The position numbers were made by a program, and so were the translations under genes. 64,000 nt of DNA from Callorhinchus milii (lineage: Eukaryota), in the NCBI RefSeq assembly GCF_018977255.1, contig NW_024704742.1, positions 111,354,001 to 111,418,000 on the forward strand, given 5' to 3'. Position 1 is the first letter of the stretch; each line of letters begins with the position of its first letter. Positions 26,081 through 39,900 of the stretch are shown here, piece by piece. Under the pieces are notes generated by a model. It ran no database searches. It was not told where the DNA came from and saw only the letters and a list, made by a program, of their open reading frames with translations.

Positions 26081-28990
26081 GTAAATGTCACGCTCAAAAC
26101 CGCAGCAGCACGAAACCACTCGACATGCCACCACTTACTTATTATACATAACCAGGTCCACGTTCTCCGTAAATGTGTATTTTGCTCAAAACTGTATTTA
26201 TCCCCCCTGCTCGGGTCATGACCCAACTGTGCAGCGCCTTGGGACGTCCTCCTGACGTGAACGGCGCTTTATAAATGGAATCTTGTTGTTGTTGTTGTTA
26301 ACCCGTAACCCGCTAAACTGCTGGTGAACTGAATTTCTGATGACATCAGCGATGCCAAATTCATTTATTGGCAACTGGAGAAGTATCGTTGGCATTTGAG
26401 GACGAATTTCATGTGAAAACAATGCAGTGCCAGATTAATATGGTTTGAAATTCTCTGTGTTCATTGAATTAACCAAAGGTAACCAGCCCAATGTGGGTGT
26501 TTATACTCCACACCAGGCTAAATTAAGCTTGTGTTTATGTAAAGCTTCAACAACAACAACAAGATTCCATTTATAGAGCGCCTTTCACGTCGGGAGGACG
26601 TCCCAAGGCGCTGAAATATTACATACAAGTCAAAGCGGTTTTCCAACTCATCAGGACTGGGCCGAAGTGGCCTTACTATAAGGGTGGCCTCTGAGAAAGG
26701 GTTTGTTGGTGTGTGAACCTATCTATACTGAAGGGGCTGTTCCAGGGTGGTTGCTGAATGGACTGTAGTTGTAGAATTGTCCCACCTGCCAAGAATTTGA
26801 ATTGAAATTGTTTTGACATTGCTGGTGAAGATGGGTTGCCAAATTTGCTTTCATGAATTGGCTGCTTGTCTCATTGTGTGAGCACATTTCCTTTTATAGC
26901 AACATTTACAGCATTTCTAAACAATATTTTTCAGACAACTGGATCACATGAGTGTTTGCTATGGTTAAAACATCCTGGGAATTATACTACTGGACCGATT
27001 TATCATTTTCAGTAGTAATTTAATAGGAATTGATCAGAGGCTGTCAAAGAGTTTCTAAAAGGGCTTTGAACCTGATGAAAAGGGGCTGAGGAGCGCTCTG
27101 CTTGCCTCAACAAACCACATAGAAGGAGATTTACTAACCAGTGTGGAACATAGTTCTTCGTGGTATTAAAAATACTTAGTGTCCTTGTAAATATTCAAAA
27201 CTTTCAATAAAATTTTCTATTTTGTCACAATATGAAATTTGATATCCAGCTGAACTTTTAAGGAAATTGTTTGTCACTTGAGCTGTGTTAGTGGACCTCT
27301 GTCTGCATCCATTTTCTGTACCATGCTCCACCATCACCCCACCCTTGGTTGTCAATCTTTTAGCCACTGCTCTCTGGAATTTCCACATGTAGGTGACATA
27401 CATATGTGAAACTGTCTGCTTTGGGTACGCTTAGCAGAGTAATGGATTTCCATATATGTCAAGACACCAAAGGTAACCAAAAAGGCACTTTGAAAGTGTA
27501 AGTATTGGGAATCAAAATGCACGATACTACATATGCCAGGTTTAGCACATTTTGATGATTTATTTGGTTAATTGGATTTCCCATTATTATTGTAGAGGTC
27601 CAAAAACTTGTGATTTTTGAATGCATGAGGGAGAAGGGAATAGGAGACATCGAGGCTTGTGTGCAGTATAAATACCAACACAGACTAGTTGTTTCGAACA
27701 GCCTGTGTCCACGTCGTATCATGCTATGTAATTCTGGGTAGAGAAAAGGAGTGAAAAAGAACTGGACACAGTCGTTTATGAAATGCTAGAATAGAGAATG
27801 AAATGGTAGAATAAATAACCACTTTGAGTCATTGGTGTGTTTTTACGATGTTGTGTCTGAAGGCGATCTCTAAAGATAAACGGTTGGATTTCTCAGTGAC
27901 ATATTTGGCAACATTCTATTTGCAATCCCATTGCCTCCATATGCCCGGGATCCAACTCTGAAATGAAAGGGTCCAAATTCCGTGCATGTGAAATGTCTGA
28001 CATCATTATCAAAAAGGAACTGGGAAAAAGGCCGGGAGCAAACTCGTATGTCTTCTATTCAGGCATATCTCCCATCCCGTTACTGTTATTTACTGAGTAG
28101 CGGAGAACACCAAAATGAGTTTCTGATGGTTTTACTCAAAGGCATCTGACATCATCACACTACTTATCTGATCACGTCAGATGTTCATTCATGCATAGAA
28201 CATTTTTGTGGCAAGAACCCGCCCTTGGAAGTGGCTTGTGAAATTCTGCCCTCTTGTAACTTGGTTTCTTCAGTAAGGATGACAGTGTCAGTCGTTAGCC
28301 TTTCTGCTATTACTGTTGCGAATAACTGTTTCTCTTTCTCAGTAGTTTTAACAAATGTAATTCCTTCATATAAATATTGGGCAAAGAATCATATTATCCT
28401 GGGCAAAGTCCATATTCTAGCATTTGGTAAGACCCCTCTTACCTCCTTCCCACACCCCAAGTAAGAGTGCGATTTCATTAATATAAACTCCTATATTATA
28501 TTTGCCGGTGCCTTATATTTATATTAGGGATTTGACAATTGAGGTAATTGACAATTCCAAGCCTGGAAAATGTTGCTTAATATTTACTGTTGTGCTTTTC
28601 ATATTAGGTGATGTTATTAATCTTGGAGACCGCCAGCTCACTGTCCTACACATGCCGGGACATTCTAGAGGTAGCATCTGTCTCCATGACCGGGACCAGC
28701 GTATTCTCTTCAGTGGGGATGTGGTGTACAATGGATCTATGATCGACTGGCTGCCTTACAGTAACATCAGTGACTACACCCAAACCTGTGAACGTCTAAT
28801 AGAGCTTGCAGACAATGAACTTGTGCACAAAGTGTTTCCAGGCCATTTTAACTCATTTGGGCCTGAAAGACTCCACAGTCTGGCATCCAGTTATATTTCT
28901 AATGTTGGATTGTGCCACAAAGTTTCAACAAGTGCAGTAAGATGCATAGCAAATCTAGCTCTTCGTGCAAACAATTTCAGCTGCACTTAA
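25612..28990 (+). CDS. MBLAC2: Metallo-beta-lactamase domain-containing protein 2 (acyl-CoA thioesterase), 283 aa, 2 coding exons
   Basis: Exons 25612-26080 (gccATGt start, G|gtaaat donor) and 28608-28990 (attag acceptor, TAA) total 852 nt. Motifs [10 protein letters not shown] (HxHxDH), PGHSRG, FSGD, PGH and C-terminal GLCHKVST. Confidence 0.96.
28608..28990 (+). CDS. MBLAC2: MBLAC2 coding exon 2
   Basis: [28 protein letters not shown]... within ORF 28502..28990. Confidence 0.96.
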
Positions 28991-29669
28991 GCATGAAAAG
29001 TGGGTCGATAAAGAAGATGTTTAGGAATTTAATTGCGATCCAGTTTAAGCTGCTGGATCTCCTGTCCTGCATGCAATCATTGTGATGTGCAGGATTTGTG
29101 GTTATAGACCAAAGGCTCTCAGAGGATTAACATTAATACTTGATAAGCTGAAGAGGCAAGTTTTCAGCCGTGTATCCTGTAGCAGGACTAGAGATGTTAT
29201 GAAATGGAAAAATTCACATAACAGTAAATAAGGTAAAGTACATTGTGATTGTATTGAGTTAAGAAGTGAATAACATTTGATTCACAAATGTGTATATATT
29301 AAATGTGTGACAAACCCATATTGTAGATTTATTTTCTTTTAATATTTTAGGAAAGCCTGTGTAAAAATAATTTTTAAAAAGTTGAAGCATCTGCAAAGAG
29401 AACAAATCCTGAGGTGAACTCTGCATTAAGAAAAAATATTATACCTGTATATTATATAAGAAAATACAAATAAGTTTGAATTGAATTTTTGGATACCCTT
29501 CAGAAACATTGTCTGTATTATGATAAAATGTTTAGTGTAGGTTTAGCAATCAGGTTCCTGTGAAATATTATAAATAATACCCAGCATGTTTGCTTCAATA
29601 ATAACCATAAAATTGTGGTTATCAGCAGGTAATACTGTAGTAACACTGTTTTCCTGTGAAAAACTAATT

Positions 29670-30130
29670 GCATTTATTTAGCGCTTTTCATGTCGGGAGA
29701 GCATCTAAAGTACTAGACAGTCAAGAGTTTGCACCCGAGCTGAGGGCTGAATTCAGCAGTGGTGGAAGTTAAGGCGGTGGGTGGGGGCGCGGGGATATGA
29801 ATGAAGGTCTGGCCAAAGAGGAAGGTCTTTTGATGGACTGAAGGAGGTGAGGGGAGGGGTGCAGGAAAGTGACTCCGGAAAGGAGTTCCGGAGGATAGGG
29901 GCAGACAGCCTGAAAGCCTCAGTGATGGAAGAAGTGAAGCAGGCCAGCGCCTGCTGAGGAGAGAAAGTGAGTAAACGTAGGATCGGGCAATATCATGGAG
30001 GCATTTAAAATTAAATTTAATTAAAATTGGTAGGAATGGGGAACCAGCAGAGCCTGGTAAGAATGTGGATTATTGGCTCGTGGGGCATAGTATGGGAGAG
30101 GACATGAGCTGCAGAGTTCTGGATGGTCTA
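29670..30130 (-). mobile_element. Degenerate L2 3' fragment
   Basis: Similar to the 31940-32440 L2 end (gacatgagctgcagagttctgga). Confidence 0.75.
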
Positions 30131-30137
30131 TGACAAA

Positions 30138-30510
30138 ATAATAATAATCCTTACATTTGATATTGCGCCTTATCACATCTTCAAGACGTCTCAAAACGCT
30201 TCACAGAATATTACTGTAAAGTGAATTGACTATTTTTGTGGATGAAACGCGGGAGCCAATTGCGACAGCAGTGCCCCACAAACAGCTGTGGATTGAGTAA
30301 CCAAATTTTTATTTTGTATTTTGAAGGGATTATTACCCCCAGAAAAGCGATCCACCAATCAACTAACAAGCTGGTTCCTACTTACTGCTAGGTAAACAGA
30401 AGCGTGTGGAGTAAGGAAACTTGCCTAACGTTTCACTCTTCCTAGGAATCGAACCCAGGTCCTCTCACTTGCGAGGCAAGTACTCTAACCACTAAGCTGC
30501 AGGACTACAT
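30138..30510 (-). mobile_element. tRNA-derived SINE (long variant)
   Basis: Same family with an extra central ~70-nt segment also present in the 51500-51945, 56570-56925 and 58120-58530 copies. Confidence 0.88.
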
Positions 30511-31939
30511 GAAATGCAATTATTGTATTAATGAAATAGTAACAATACATCAAACTGAACAATTTTCAATGGCAAAATGTAATAAGTTCAGCCTTTCTGT
30601 CAGGGCCACCATAAAATCACAACAGGAGGTGACATAATGGTGTTGCTGTCATTTTGCAATGTACTGTATTATTTTGGTTCCATAAACTGCCACTGTTATT
30701 GAATACATTTACAATGAAAAATATTTTAAAGGCCAACTGTGGGGAAAAAACACTATAATGACAGTTGAGTGACAACTTCAGGAAGATACTAATGGTTCAG
30801 GTTGATATATACATTGAAAAAAGTGCCTATTGGAGATAAATCTTTTCCCCATTAATAAGAAATCTAGTGAGCGAATTGAGTTTTCAAGGTACTCGTTACA
30901 TACTGGGTTTCACTGTGTTTTATTTAGACGTGTAAATATTTACTATTATTTGATAAAAGCAGCATCAGCGAAATGAAGTGGCACCTACAGTATTCCATTT
31001 AAACTGCAGCTGCTATCCTTGAGGTCTTAACTCAATTGTTTACTTTTTTTTCTAAATGAGCTGAGAAACAAATTTAAATCATTTTCATAAACGTGATAAT
31101 TAATAAAATAAATACTTAACAAAAATGACATACTTGACTTATCACCGATCAGGAAGACACAATGACTTATTGAAACTAGATTTGTTTTCCCCTTTCATTT
31201 GATTCTTTGTTTAGATAATTTGAAGTAGATTTACTTGTTTTTCTATTGAAGGGATCCTTGTACATCTTTCTATCTAAAATCATTCTCAATACATTTTTTC
31301 GCCTGGAACAATGAAAGTAACATAAAACAAGTAACGTCCAGCAGGAGGGTCTGCAGTAGAAGAGTTGAGAGAGGTGTATTGTTGGAGATGCCTATATTCT
31401 TCACATGATGTTAAACTGAGGTCCCATCTGGGTGGATTTTAAAGATCACACAACACGATTTGCAAAGATAAAGGATTTTCTCTCGTGGTCCTAGTCAACA
31501 ACCCCCCACAGATGCTACCTGCATGAAGGACACTATATAAATACAAATTTTTGTTTGTGGGGCACCACTGTGCGCAAACTAGCTGCCACGTTCAACCACA
31601 AAACATAGTCACTACAGTAAATCCTGTGAAGCAATTTGAGATGTACTGCTGATGTGAACCGGCCTCCGGTTCCACACACACTCCTCCGTTTACCTAGCAG
31701 TAAGTAGGGACCCACTTGTTAGTCGATTGGCGGATTGCTTTTCCAGGGATAATAATCCCTTCAAAAAAATTAATAATTGATTACTAAATCCACGACTGGC
31801 ACAGTGCTGTGTGCAATTGGCTGCCGCGTTTCGCCCACAAAACACCCTGTCACTACGCTTTACAGTATCCTGTGAAGCATTTGAGACGTCTCGAAGACGC
31901 GATACATCAAATGTAAGGATTATTATTATTTATTATAAG

Positions 31940-33215
31940 CCAACAACAAGATTACATTTGAAGAGCGCCTTTCAGGTCGGGAGTACGTCCCAAGGCGCTG
32001 GACAGTGTACAGCATTTCAGACCCGAGCTGGGGTCAGGGGGTAGAAGGGAGGAGAGGGGAAGGGGGGTGACCAATGACATGGTCGAAGAGGAAGGTCTTG
32101 AGGCGGGACTTGAAAGGGGGCGAGGCGGAGTGATTGGGGGATGGAATTCCAGAGGTTGGGGGCAGAGTGGCTGAAGCCTCTCCCGCCAATGGTGGGGCAG
32201 GTGGGGCGGGGGACATGGAGCAGGCCAGAGCCGGCTGAGTGGAGGGAGCGGGCGGGTTAATAGGGGGTTAGGGGGTCACACAAATAGGGTGGGGCAAGGA
32301 CATGGAGGGCTTTGTATGTGAGAACCAGGATTTTTTACTGGATCCTCTGAAGGATAGAGAGCCAATGGAGTCGGGTGAATATGGGGGAGATGGGGTCACA
32401 GAGTTTGGTGCAGGAGAGGACATGAGCTGCAGAGTTCTGGATTATCTGCTGTCTGTGGAGGGAGGAGTTGGGAAGGCCGACAAGCAGAGAGTTTGCATAG
32501 TCGAGCCTGGAGATGATGAAGGCATGAACGAGTTTCAGGGCCTGAGGGATGCGGTAGTGGCGGAGTCGGGCGATGTTATGGAGGTGAGGGAAGGCAGAGC
32601 GGGTCATGGCTTGAATGTGGGGGAGAAAAGACAGTTGAGGGTCGAACAAGATACCCAGGTTCCTGACTGACTTGGTGAGTTACAGTGTGAAACCATGGAG
32701 GTTGATGCTGCCAGAGCCTGAGGTGCTGAGGCACTGGTGCGAGTCAATCAGGAGGGCCTCAGTCTTGTTCACATTCAACTGTAGGGAATTTGCCCTCATT
32801 CAGGACTTGATGTCTGTCAGGACAGCAGTGGTCCTGGAGTTGAGGGTGGAGGCAGAAAGATAGAGTTGGGTGTCGTCCGCATACATGTGGAAGTTGACTC
32901 CATGTCTGCGTATGATGTCACCGAGGGGGAGTATGTAGATATTAAAGAGGAGAGAGAGGGCCAAGGACAGAGCCCTGGAGGAAGCCAGACGTGACAGTGT
33001 GGGGGTTGGAGGAGAAACCGTTAGAGGCAACAAAGTGGAGACGGTGAGAGAGATAGGAATTGAACCAGGCAAGGGCTGGTCCGCGAAGATTAAGTAAGGA
33101 GGAGAGGCGGCGCATGAGGATGGAGCGGTCGAGTGTCGAAGGCGGCGGAGAGGCCGAGGAGGACACGGAGGCAGAGGGAGCCCTGATCACAGATGTTCAG
33201 AACGTCATCAGTGAC
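31940..33215 (-). mobile_element. L2 LINE, 5'-truncated, degenerate reverse transcriptase
   Basis: [17 protein letters not shown] and SRLDYAN fragments in ORFs 32942..33190, 32800..33072 and 32335..32649; (GTT)n tail near 31940. Confidence 0.92.
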
Positions 33216-33729
33216 TTATAATAATAATAATAATAATAATAATCCTTGCATTTGATATAGCGCTTTTCACGTCGGGAGGACGTCCCAAAGCGCTTCACAG
33301 AACACACTGTAAAGTGATGCTGTTGTGGGCGCCGGCAGCCAATTGCGCACAGCAAGCCAGCGGGAACAGTCGTAGATTGAAAATGACCAATTTATTATTG
33401 TTTTTGGTCTTAAAGCCCTAAAGAGTATGGTGGTCTGCGCCGGACAAGCAGCGGCAATTGCTGGATGGCAACACCATTGGTGACCTCTGCGGTTTTATCT
33501 GGTTAGACTACAGCAATTTCCCCACTCGGGCTCCGGGGTCTCCGAGCCTCGGCTCTCGCCAAACCTTTGGGGAGGGGGCGGGGTTTCCGGGGTTGCATCC
33601 GCAGTCCGAGAAATTTTTTTTTTTTTTTTTTTTGGGGGGGGCGGCGAAAGCGGCGCAGAAACTATTTAATACATTTTATATTTTTTAAAAAAAAGTACCT
33701 GATTTTAACGGCCACTTTTTTTTAAAAAA

Positions 33730-33939
33730 AAACGGCCGCGTTCACCGCGCCGTCTCCCGGGCACCCGGCGCCTCCGTTTGATTGACAGCCCTCCAGACCA
33801 ATCAGTCCGCGGCATTGCCCTATCGCGAGAAGCGGGCAGCCGGAGCTGACCAATGGGCGCGGGGAGAAGGCGGGCCGCGGGGGCTGCCCTTGGTTACGGT
33901 CGTTGCCCGGATGCGGTTTGCCTGGTACTAAGCGACGCC
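33730..33939 (+). promoter_or_regulatory. CETN3 CpG-island promoter
   Basis: TGATTGACAG at 33779-33788, CCAAT boxes at ~33798 and ~33850, TATCGCGAGA at 33821-33830, X-box-like sites at 33883-33897 and 33902-33914. Confidence 0.8.
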
Positions 33940-33956
33940 ATGAGTCTGTCTCTCAG
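33940..33956 (+). CDS. CETN3: CETN3 coding exon 1 (MSLSL-R)
   Basis: gccATGagt start and CAG|gtacgt donor, inside a CpG island. Confidence 0.9.
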
Positions 33957-36900
33957 GTACGTGCTCCAGCTCTCCTCTCCGCAAAACCCGCATTAGCCGA
34001 GGATTAAATAAAAAAACACACGCACCCGGAGCCGAAAAGCGCTAATGTCTGGGATTGATCAAATCTGTACAAAATTCCCCGTGGCGCCTGTCATGGCGGC
34101 CGGAGGGGGGGGGGAGCAGATGGAATGAATAACCAGTTTTATTTGGAGCATTGTTGTCTCGGACATCAGAGCTGTCCCTTCAAATCCCTTCGTGTCCTGG
34201 CACCTCCCTATCTCCGACCTGCTTACTCATCAACCCACTACTCACTGCCTCCACTAGACTGGCTCTGGCCTCCTGTATCCCCCTTATGCCCTCTGTACCA
34301 CCATTGTGGCTGTGCTTTCAACCACTATGCCTAGAAACACCGGAACACTCTTTCTCTACGCCCTGCCTTGCTCCTTCCTCCCCCATCTTCAGGTTGTGCC
34401 TGAAGATGTTCCTCTTCGGCTGTGCCTAAGATCACCTCCCCCCGCCTCGGTGTCTTGCTCTATCACTGTCAAGCACTCTGGGATGCTACCCTGCTTGAGG
34501 CGCACTGCATAAATGCAGGTTGTTGAATGGGATCTTAAACGTCTGCCTGGATAGGCAGATGGGACCTTATCTGAAGTATAGCCTTCAGGAAGGCAGCACA
34601 CCCCAGCACTGCACTGGACTGTCAGCCTAGACTATACGAGTTCAACACTCCGACGTGGAGCTGAATTGAGCTCACCAGGCTGAAACTCAAGATAAGTTAA
34701 TCATTTGAAGCAACGCTCATCAGAACTTAATTTTCCTGTTTGTCCAGCTGCGCTCCTCTGAGTAACGCCACAAACATGTTTCAATGGTAATGAGTCTCGT
34801 CTATTTATTTTTTAAAAAAAATTTTTTTCATGTACATTTACTGACCTTAAAAATGAGCAAGTCCGAGTCCTGCTGGATGTAAAACATGAATTAAATTGTG
34901 GTTGAGTTCTAATGCTGTCACTTAATTTTGGGGTCTGACCAAACAACTGAAATCTTTTCCTTAATGACCAATCTGAAATTGCTATTTAAGAATACATTTT
35001 AAAAGATAGTGTATTTCAGTTTTTTAGTGTATTGTCAATTTTTGCTTTCGATAAATACTTGTTCAACCCTAAATCATTCTGTAAAATCCTTTTGAATATA
35101 GATTTTGTTACTACAAGCACAGTTCTATTTCTTTCAGAACTGAGCTTGCCATGGACAAGACAAAAAGGAAAAAAAGAAGAGAATTGTCAGAAGAACAGAA
35201 ACGGGAGATTAAGGAAGCATTTGATTTATTCGACACAGATAAAGATAAAGCAATAGATTATCATGAACTGAAGGCGAGTTTGGGTTTGAATGCATATTTG
35301 ACAGTAGAGCAATATGATTTGTAAACTGCTGTTTTTATGGTCTTGGAATTATTTGATTAGCTAATTTAATTATGGTAGTCAACAGTCCTCTTAAGCTGAG
35401 AACATTACAAAGCTGGGCAGTGAAGTCGTACAAGCAGGTCAGAGGGAGATGCTAGAACATGAAGAGGTAGTGAAGGTGAGGATCTTAAAATCCATCCATT
35501 TGGAGAGCCCGATGATTGGGTATGGAGTTTAGTACAGGTGGAGGAAACAGGAGAGTTTTGTATGAGTTGGACTGGGGAATGGTGGAACTGGGGAGACCAG
35601 TGAGGAGTGCATTTGATAAATCGAGACGAGAGATGATAAAGGTATGGATGATGTTTTCAGTGGTTTTTAGGGTGAGATAGGGTCAGAGGCGAGCAATGTG
35701 GCAGAGGTAGAAAAAAGGGGGCCTGGTCGCAGTTCGAAAGCACTTAAAGACAACAGGTTATTGTTTTTCAGAAATCCATATTGAATAAGTTGAATACCGA
35801 GTTGTGGTCTTGAGTTGAGAGACATTTTATAACAGTAAAGAATGAGCATTGCTGCTGGACCAAACCACTTGCTGTTAAACTAGAAAAAAATGTATATTGT
35901 TTCTGTGATTGCACTCTGTAAAGCAAATCATAGTTTCAGTAAGAATATTGCTGGTAACTTCTATAAATTGTGATCATTAACTAAAATGTATTCTTGATTT
36001 TGCACTTCATATCATTGCATTTGATATATAGTACTTTATAACAATGTTGAGACGTCTCAAAGCGCTTCACAGATTATAATAGTAATGATCGTTGCATTTG
36101 ATATAGCGCATTATCACATCGTTGAGACATCTCAAAGCACTTCACAGGACAGATTGTAAATTGAATTGACTATTTTGTTGGTGAAATGGTTCAGCCAGTT
36201 GCCCAAAGCAGCGTCTCAAGATTGACAACTTTAGTGCTGAAATTACTGACATGTTATTAGAATTTTTTTTAGTTTGGTTCTTACTGTCTTTTTACTATTA
36301 GGTGGCAATGAGAGCATTAGGGTTTGATGTAAAGAAAGCTGATGTGCTGAAAATACTGAAAGATTATGATCGTGATGGTTCTGGCAAAATCTCTTTTGAA
36401 GACTTCAGTGAAGTTGGTAACAATTTTCACAAATTTTGTTTTCTATTGATGCTTAAATCTCTATGTAAAGGTAATATTTTTAATTTGATGCTTTGGGTTA
36501 AGTGGCTGAAACTCTCCACACCTTTACCTCCAGACTTGACTTCTCATCTTGCTTGCCCCCTCTGCTCTTCAAACGTAGATCTGCCGCGTGTTCTTCTTCC
36601 TCATCATAGTTCTCTGAGCCTTCAGCAACTATGCCCACCCTCCCTGCATCTCTCTGCCATGCTCCCCTCTCTGTGTTTTTAAAAGCCTCCTAAAAACGTA
36701 TCCTTCGATTGTGTCTACCGTCACTCCTCCCCCCGTGACTGAAATTGACATCATGATGTGGAAACTCTGACTGGCAGTTGTGACAGTTATAACGCAGGCG
36801 TGGAATTTATAGACCCCAACTGCCAAGTTGTAACGGAGCTCCATTGTATAAGCATAACTTTCCTCTTAGGTGATAGAGTGATAGCAAGAAGGGTTTTGAA

Positions 36901-39900
36901 TGGGTTAAACAAAGTTTACTCATTGCTGCTTTCTTATTTTCCTAAAAATTCTCATGTTCGTAGAAAATAGCCATTATACCCAACCAGCTTTGTCCATTTG
37001 GACTCTGCCTTCGAAACACATCTAGTTGCTTTGTGAACATATTAATATGGATCTCACTTATCAGCGCTCCTATCGGGAGAGACTTCAGTAAATAGTATGA
37101 GGGATTGAAATTCTGTCCCACAACACCTGTGGTATAACATATCAGTAACTCAGTGAACTGTGCCTCAGTATCACCTACAGGAAGGTTGAATCATTGTGAC
37201 AGTTTACAAACCGAACATTTACCAAGCATTTTGCATGATTTTCCTACTCTTTCAATATGATATAACATGCAGCATTTCTGCCTTTATCTAATCCAGTGTG
37301 GTTCAGTTACCTGGGTTTTTCATAGGTTTCTGGTTCAGTGCTGATGAGGCTGAATCTTGTAAGCCTGTATCTCCTGCTGAATCTGTAAAGTTCAAAATAT
37401 TGACTTTTTTAACAATGAAATTCCTTTTGTATTAAAATTAATGACATTAATTAAGAACAAGGGAGTCTTAAAATTAGAACTAGGCCATTTAGGCAGTTTT
37501 TCACCCATAAGGTAGTGGAAATCTGTAATTCTCCCCCAAAAGCCTGTGGATGCTGGATCCATTCACATCTTCATTGAGGTGGATAGATATTTATTAGGTC
37601 AGGGTATTAAGGGATACGGGGCAAGGGTGGGTAATTGGACTTGAGAGAAAAATCTATTTTCCCATGTTTCTGTATTTTACATCAAACTTTTCAGCAGTTA
37701 TATTTTAAATTATTTTTGATTAGTGACCGATTGGATTTTGGATAGAGATCCGCAGGAAGAGATCCTAAAGGCATTCAAATTGTTTGATGATGATGATTCT
37801 GGCAAAATCAATCTTCGTAATCTGCGACGTGTTGCAAGAGAACTTGGTGAGAACATGACTGATGAGGAACTTCGTGCAATGATTGATGAATTTGACAAGG
37901 ATGGAGATGGCGAAAGTGAGTAGTCCTTGAAATCCTTTTAAATGTGAAGGAAATCTTTGAAATGTGATTAAATACCAGCTGAAAGGGAGATAAAATTATT
38001 GTAACCTTGGAAAGATGTAGCATTTGTTTGCATTTTCTTCCGTTAGTCATCATTTGTGGCAATTCACTATAGAAGGTATAAGGTTGTAATTTAAATTTGT
38101 CTATTCACTGGAAATATTTAGATAATGATCACTGCAAAAATAAGCAAAGCGGTTTTAAATTATATAAAATTCTTTATATGAATTTTAAGTTCTTTTCACA
38201 TTTGTTTTGAATATTGGGGTGAAAAATACAGTATTAAAATGTAACGATTATCACTTCTTTGGAATTTCTGCTCCTGACAATATTCCCATTGATTCAACTT
38301 TAATAGTTGATTAAGCAGATATTCTGTGAACTGATGCTGAATTGCTGTTTAGTGGCTGTAGTAGTTGGCTCAACAGTCACTGCAAAGCAACTTTGAACTC
38401 AGTTTTCATCAAATTGTGTATATTCATGATGAAAATTTCAACATTGTGTTAATTCATTTTTGGCAAATTCTGCTGTCCTGCACTTTGAATCTGATTAGAA
38501 TTTTGTGCCTACAGTGTGATGCAGTGCCCTTCATTTCTTCCTAGTGTTTGACCTTTTTATTTCAGTAGTGTTTCATATTGATTGTGGAACAATTGCTTTA
38601 GTTTCATTAATCATGATTGTGTCTCCAGTGGTTGTAGATGCTCTTATGTCACTCAGAAAACTGATGTCAATTCAAGGAGTGATCCCAGGTGTAGAATCAT
38701 GAAAGTTCATAACTAATGTTAATCCTCCCAAATGTAAAGTTAAATTTGAGGGAGAAAATGCATGAGCTGTAATTTAGAGCCCTATGTAATTATATCTGCA
38801 AGGATGGCTAGCTAGATATATTATAGAAGTACCATACAAAGAAACAGAAAAGAATATCAATATGTAAGTAAGAAAATGATTAAATACAGGATGGATGGAG
38901 AATATAAACAAAAAAATGATTTAACTCATTAATGTTGTTATAATTTATGTTATATTTAGGATATTAACTACTTTAGTTTTACTTTCCTTGAGAATTTATC
39001 ACTTCATTTTGTACATTTTGTGTTAGAATAGATTATTTTAATAAATCTCTGAGTCAGTGATCCGTTTTATGGTAAATTATTTGTTTTTCCTCTTTGTCCA
39101 CCTCCCACCCCCCACCCCCACCATCTCGGATAAGCTATATCTTGCTATCCTGCAGGCTCACTGAGTGAGCAGGCAATCTGTTTCCAGCCCTCTGCCAATG
39201 CTGATCTGTAACTGCCTCCTAGGAGGTGTGTGTGAGTAGTCCAAGGTGACTTGCCCTCCAGATTTTCAATTCCACGTGCCGATATTAATGCAATCAGAAA
39301 TGCCTGTGAGGTATTGCAGGGGAACGCCAGCATCCTACCACTCCAACACAGTACGCAGCACCAATGTGCTGTGGGACTAGAACAATCCCTTGTTGATGGT
39401 TTTGAAATGTTAAAAATTGTGTGATTAATTTATTTCATAACTCTCAGTAGTCCTTTGATAAGGAACTGCTCTCCCTCCCCAATAAATGTGTTACAGTTAT
39501 TGGGGACTACAAAATGTATGGGAAGAGAAATGGCAAACAGCCGTTGAGAGAAATTAGTTTTACATGTATGTTTAGGGAATACTAGCATGCTGCATAATCA
39601 TTACAGCAACTGCAGTTTTAAAATTGTCCAGCTAGCACCTGAGGCCCAACATTCAACCTAATTTTAGCCTGCAAGACAATTTTGTGACATAATTATGGAA
39701 ATTTCTTAAATTAATTCTTAATTTAGAAGCCAGTTTTTTGCAATTCTTAAAAAAGGCTTCTCCAGTTAGATTGAATTTGAAGAATTTTTCACAATTCTGC
39801 ACCATCTTCAATTGTGAGGCAGAATGGTCAGACAGACTAGGATTATGTGAATTTACATATATTTTGAGGTTAATGTTTTAGACATAAAATTTGACATATT

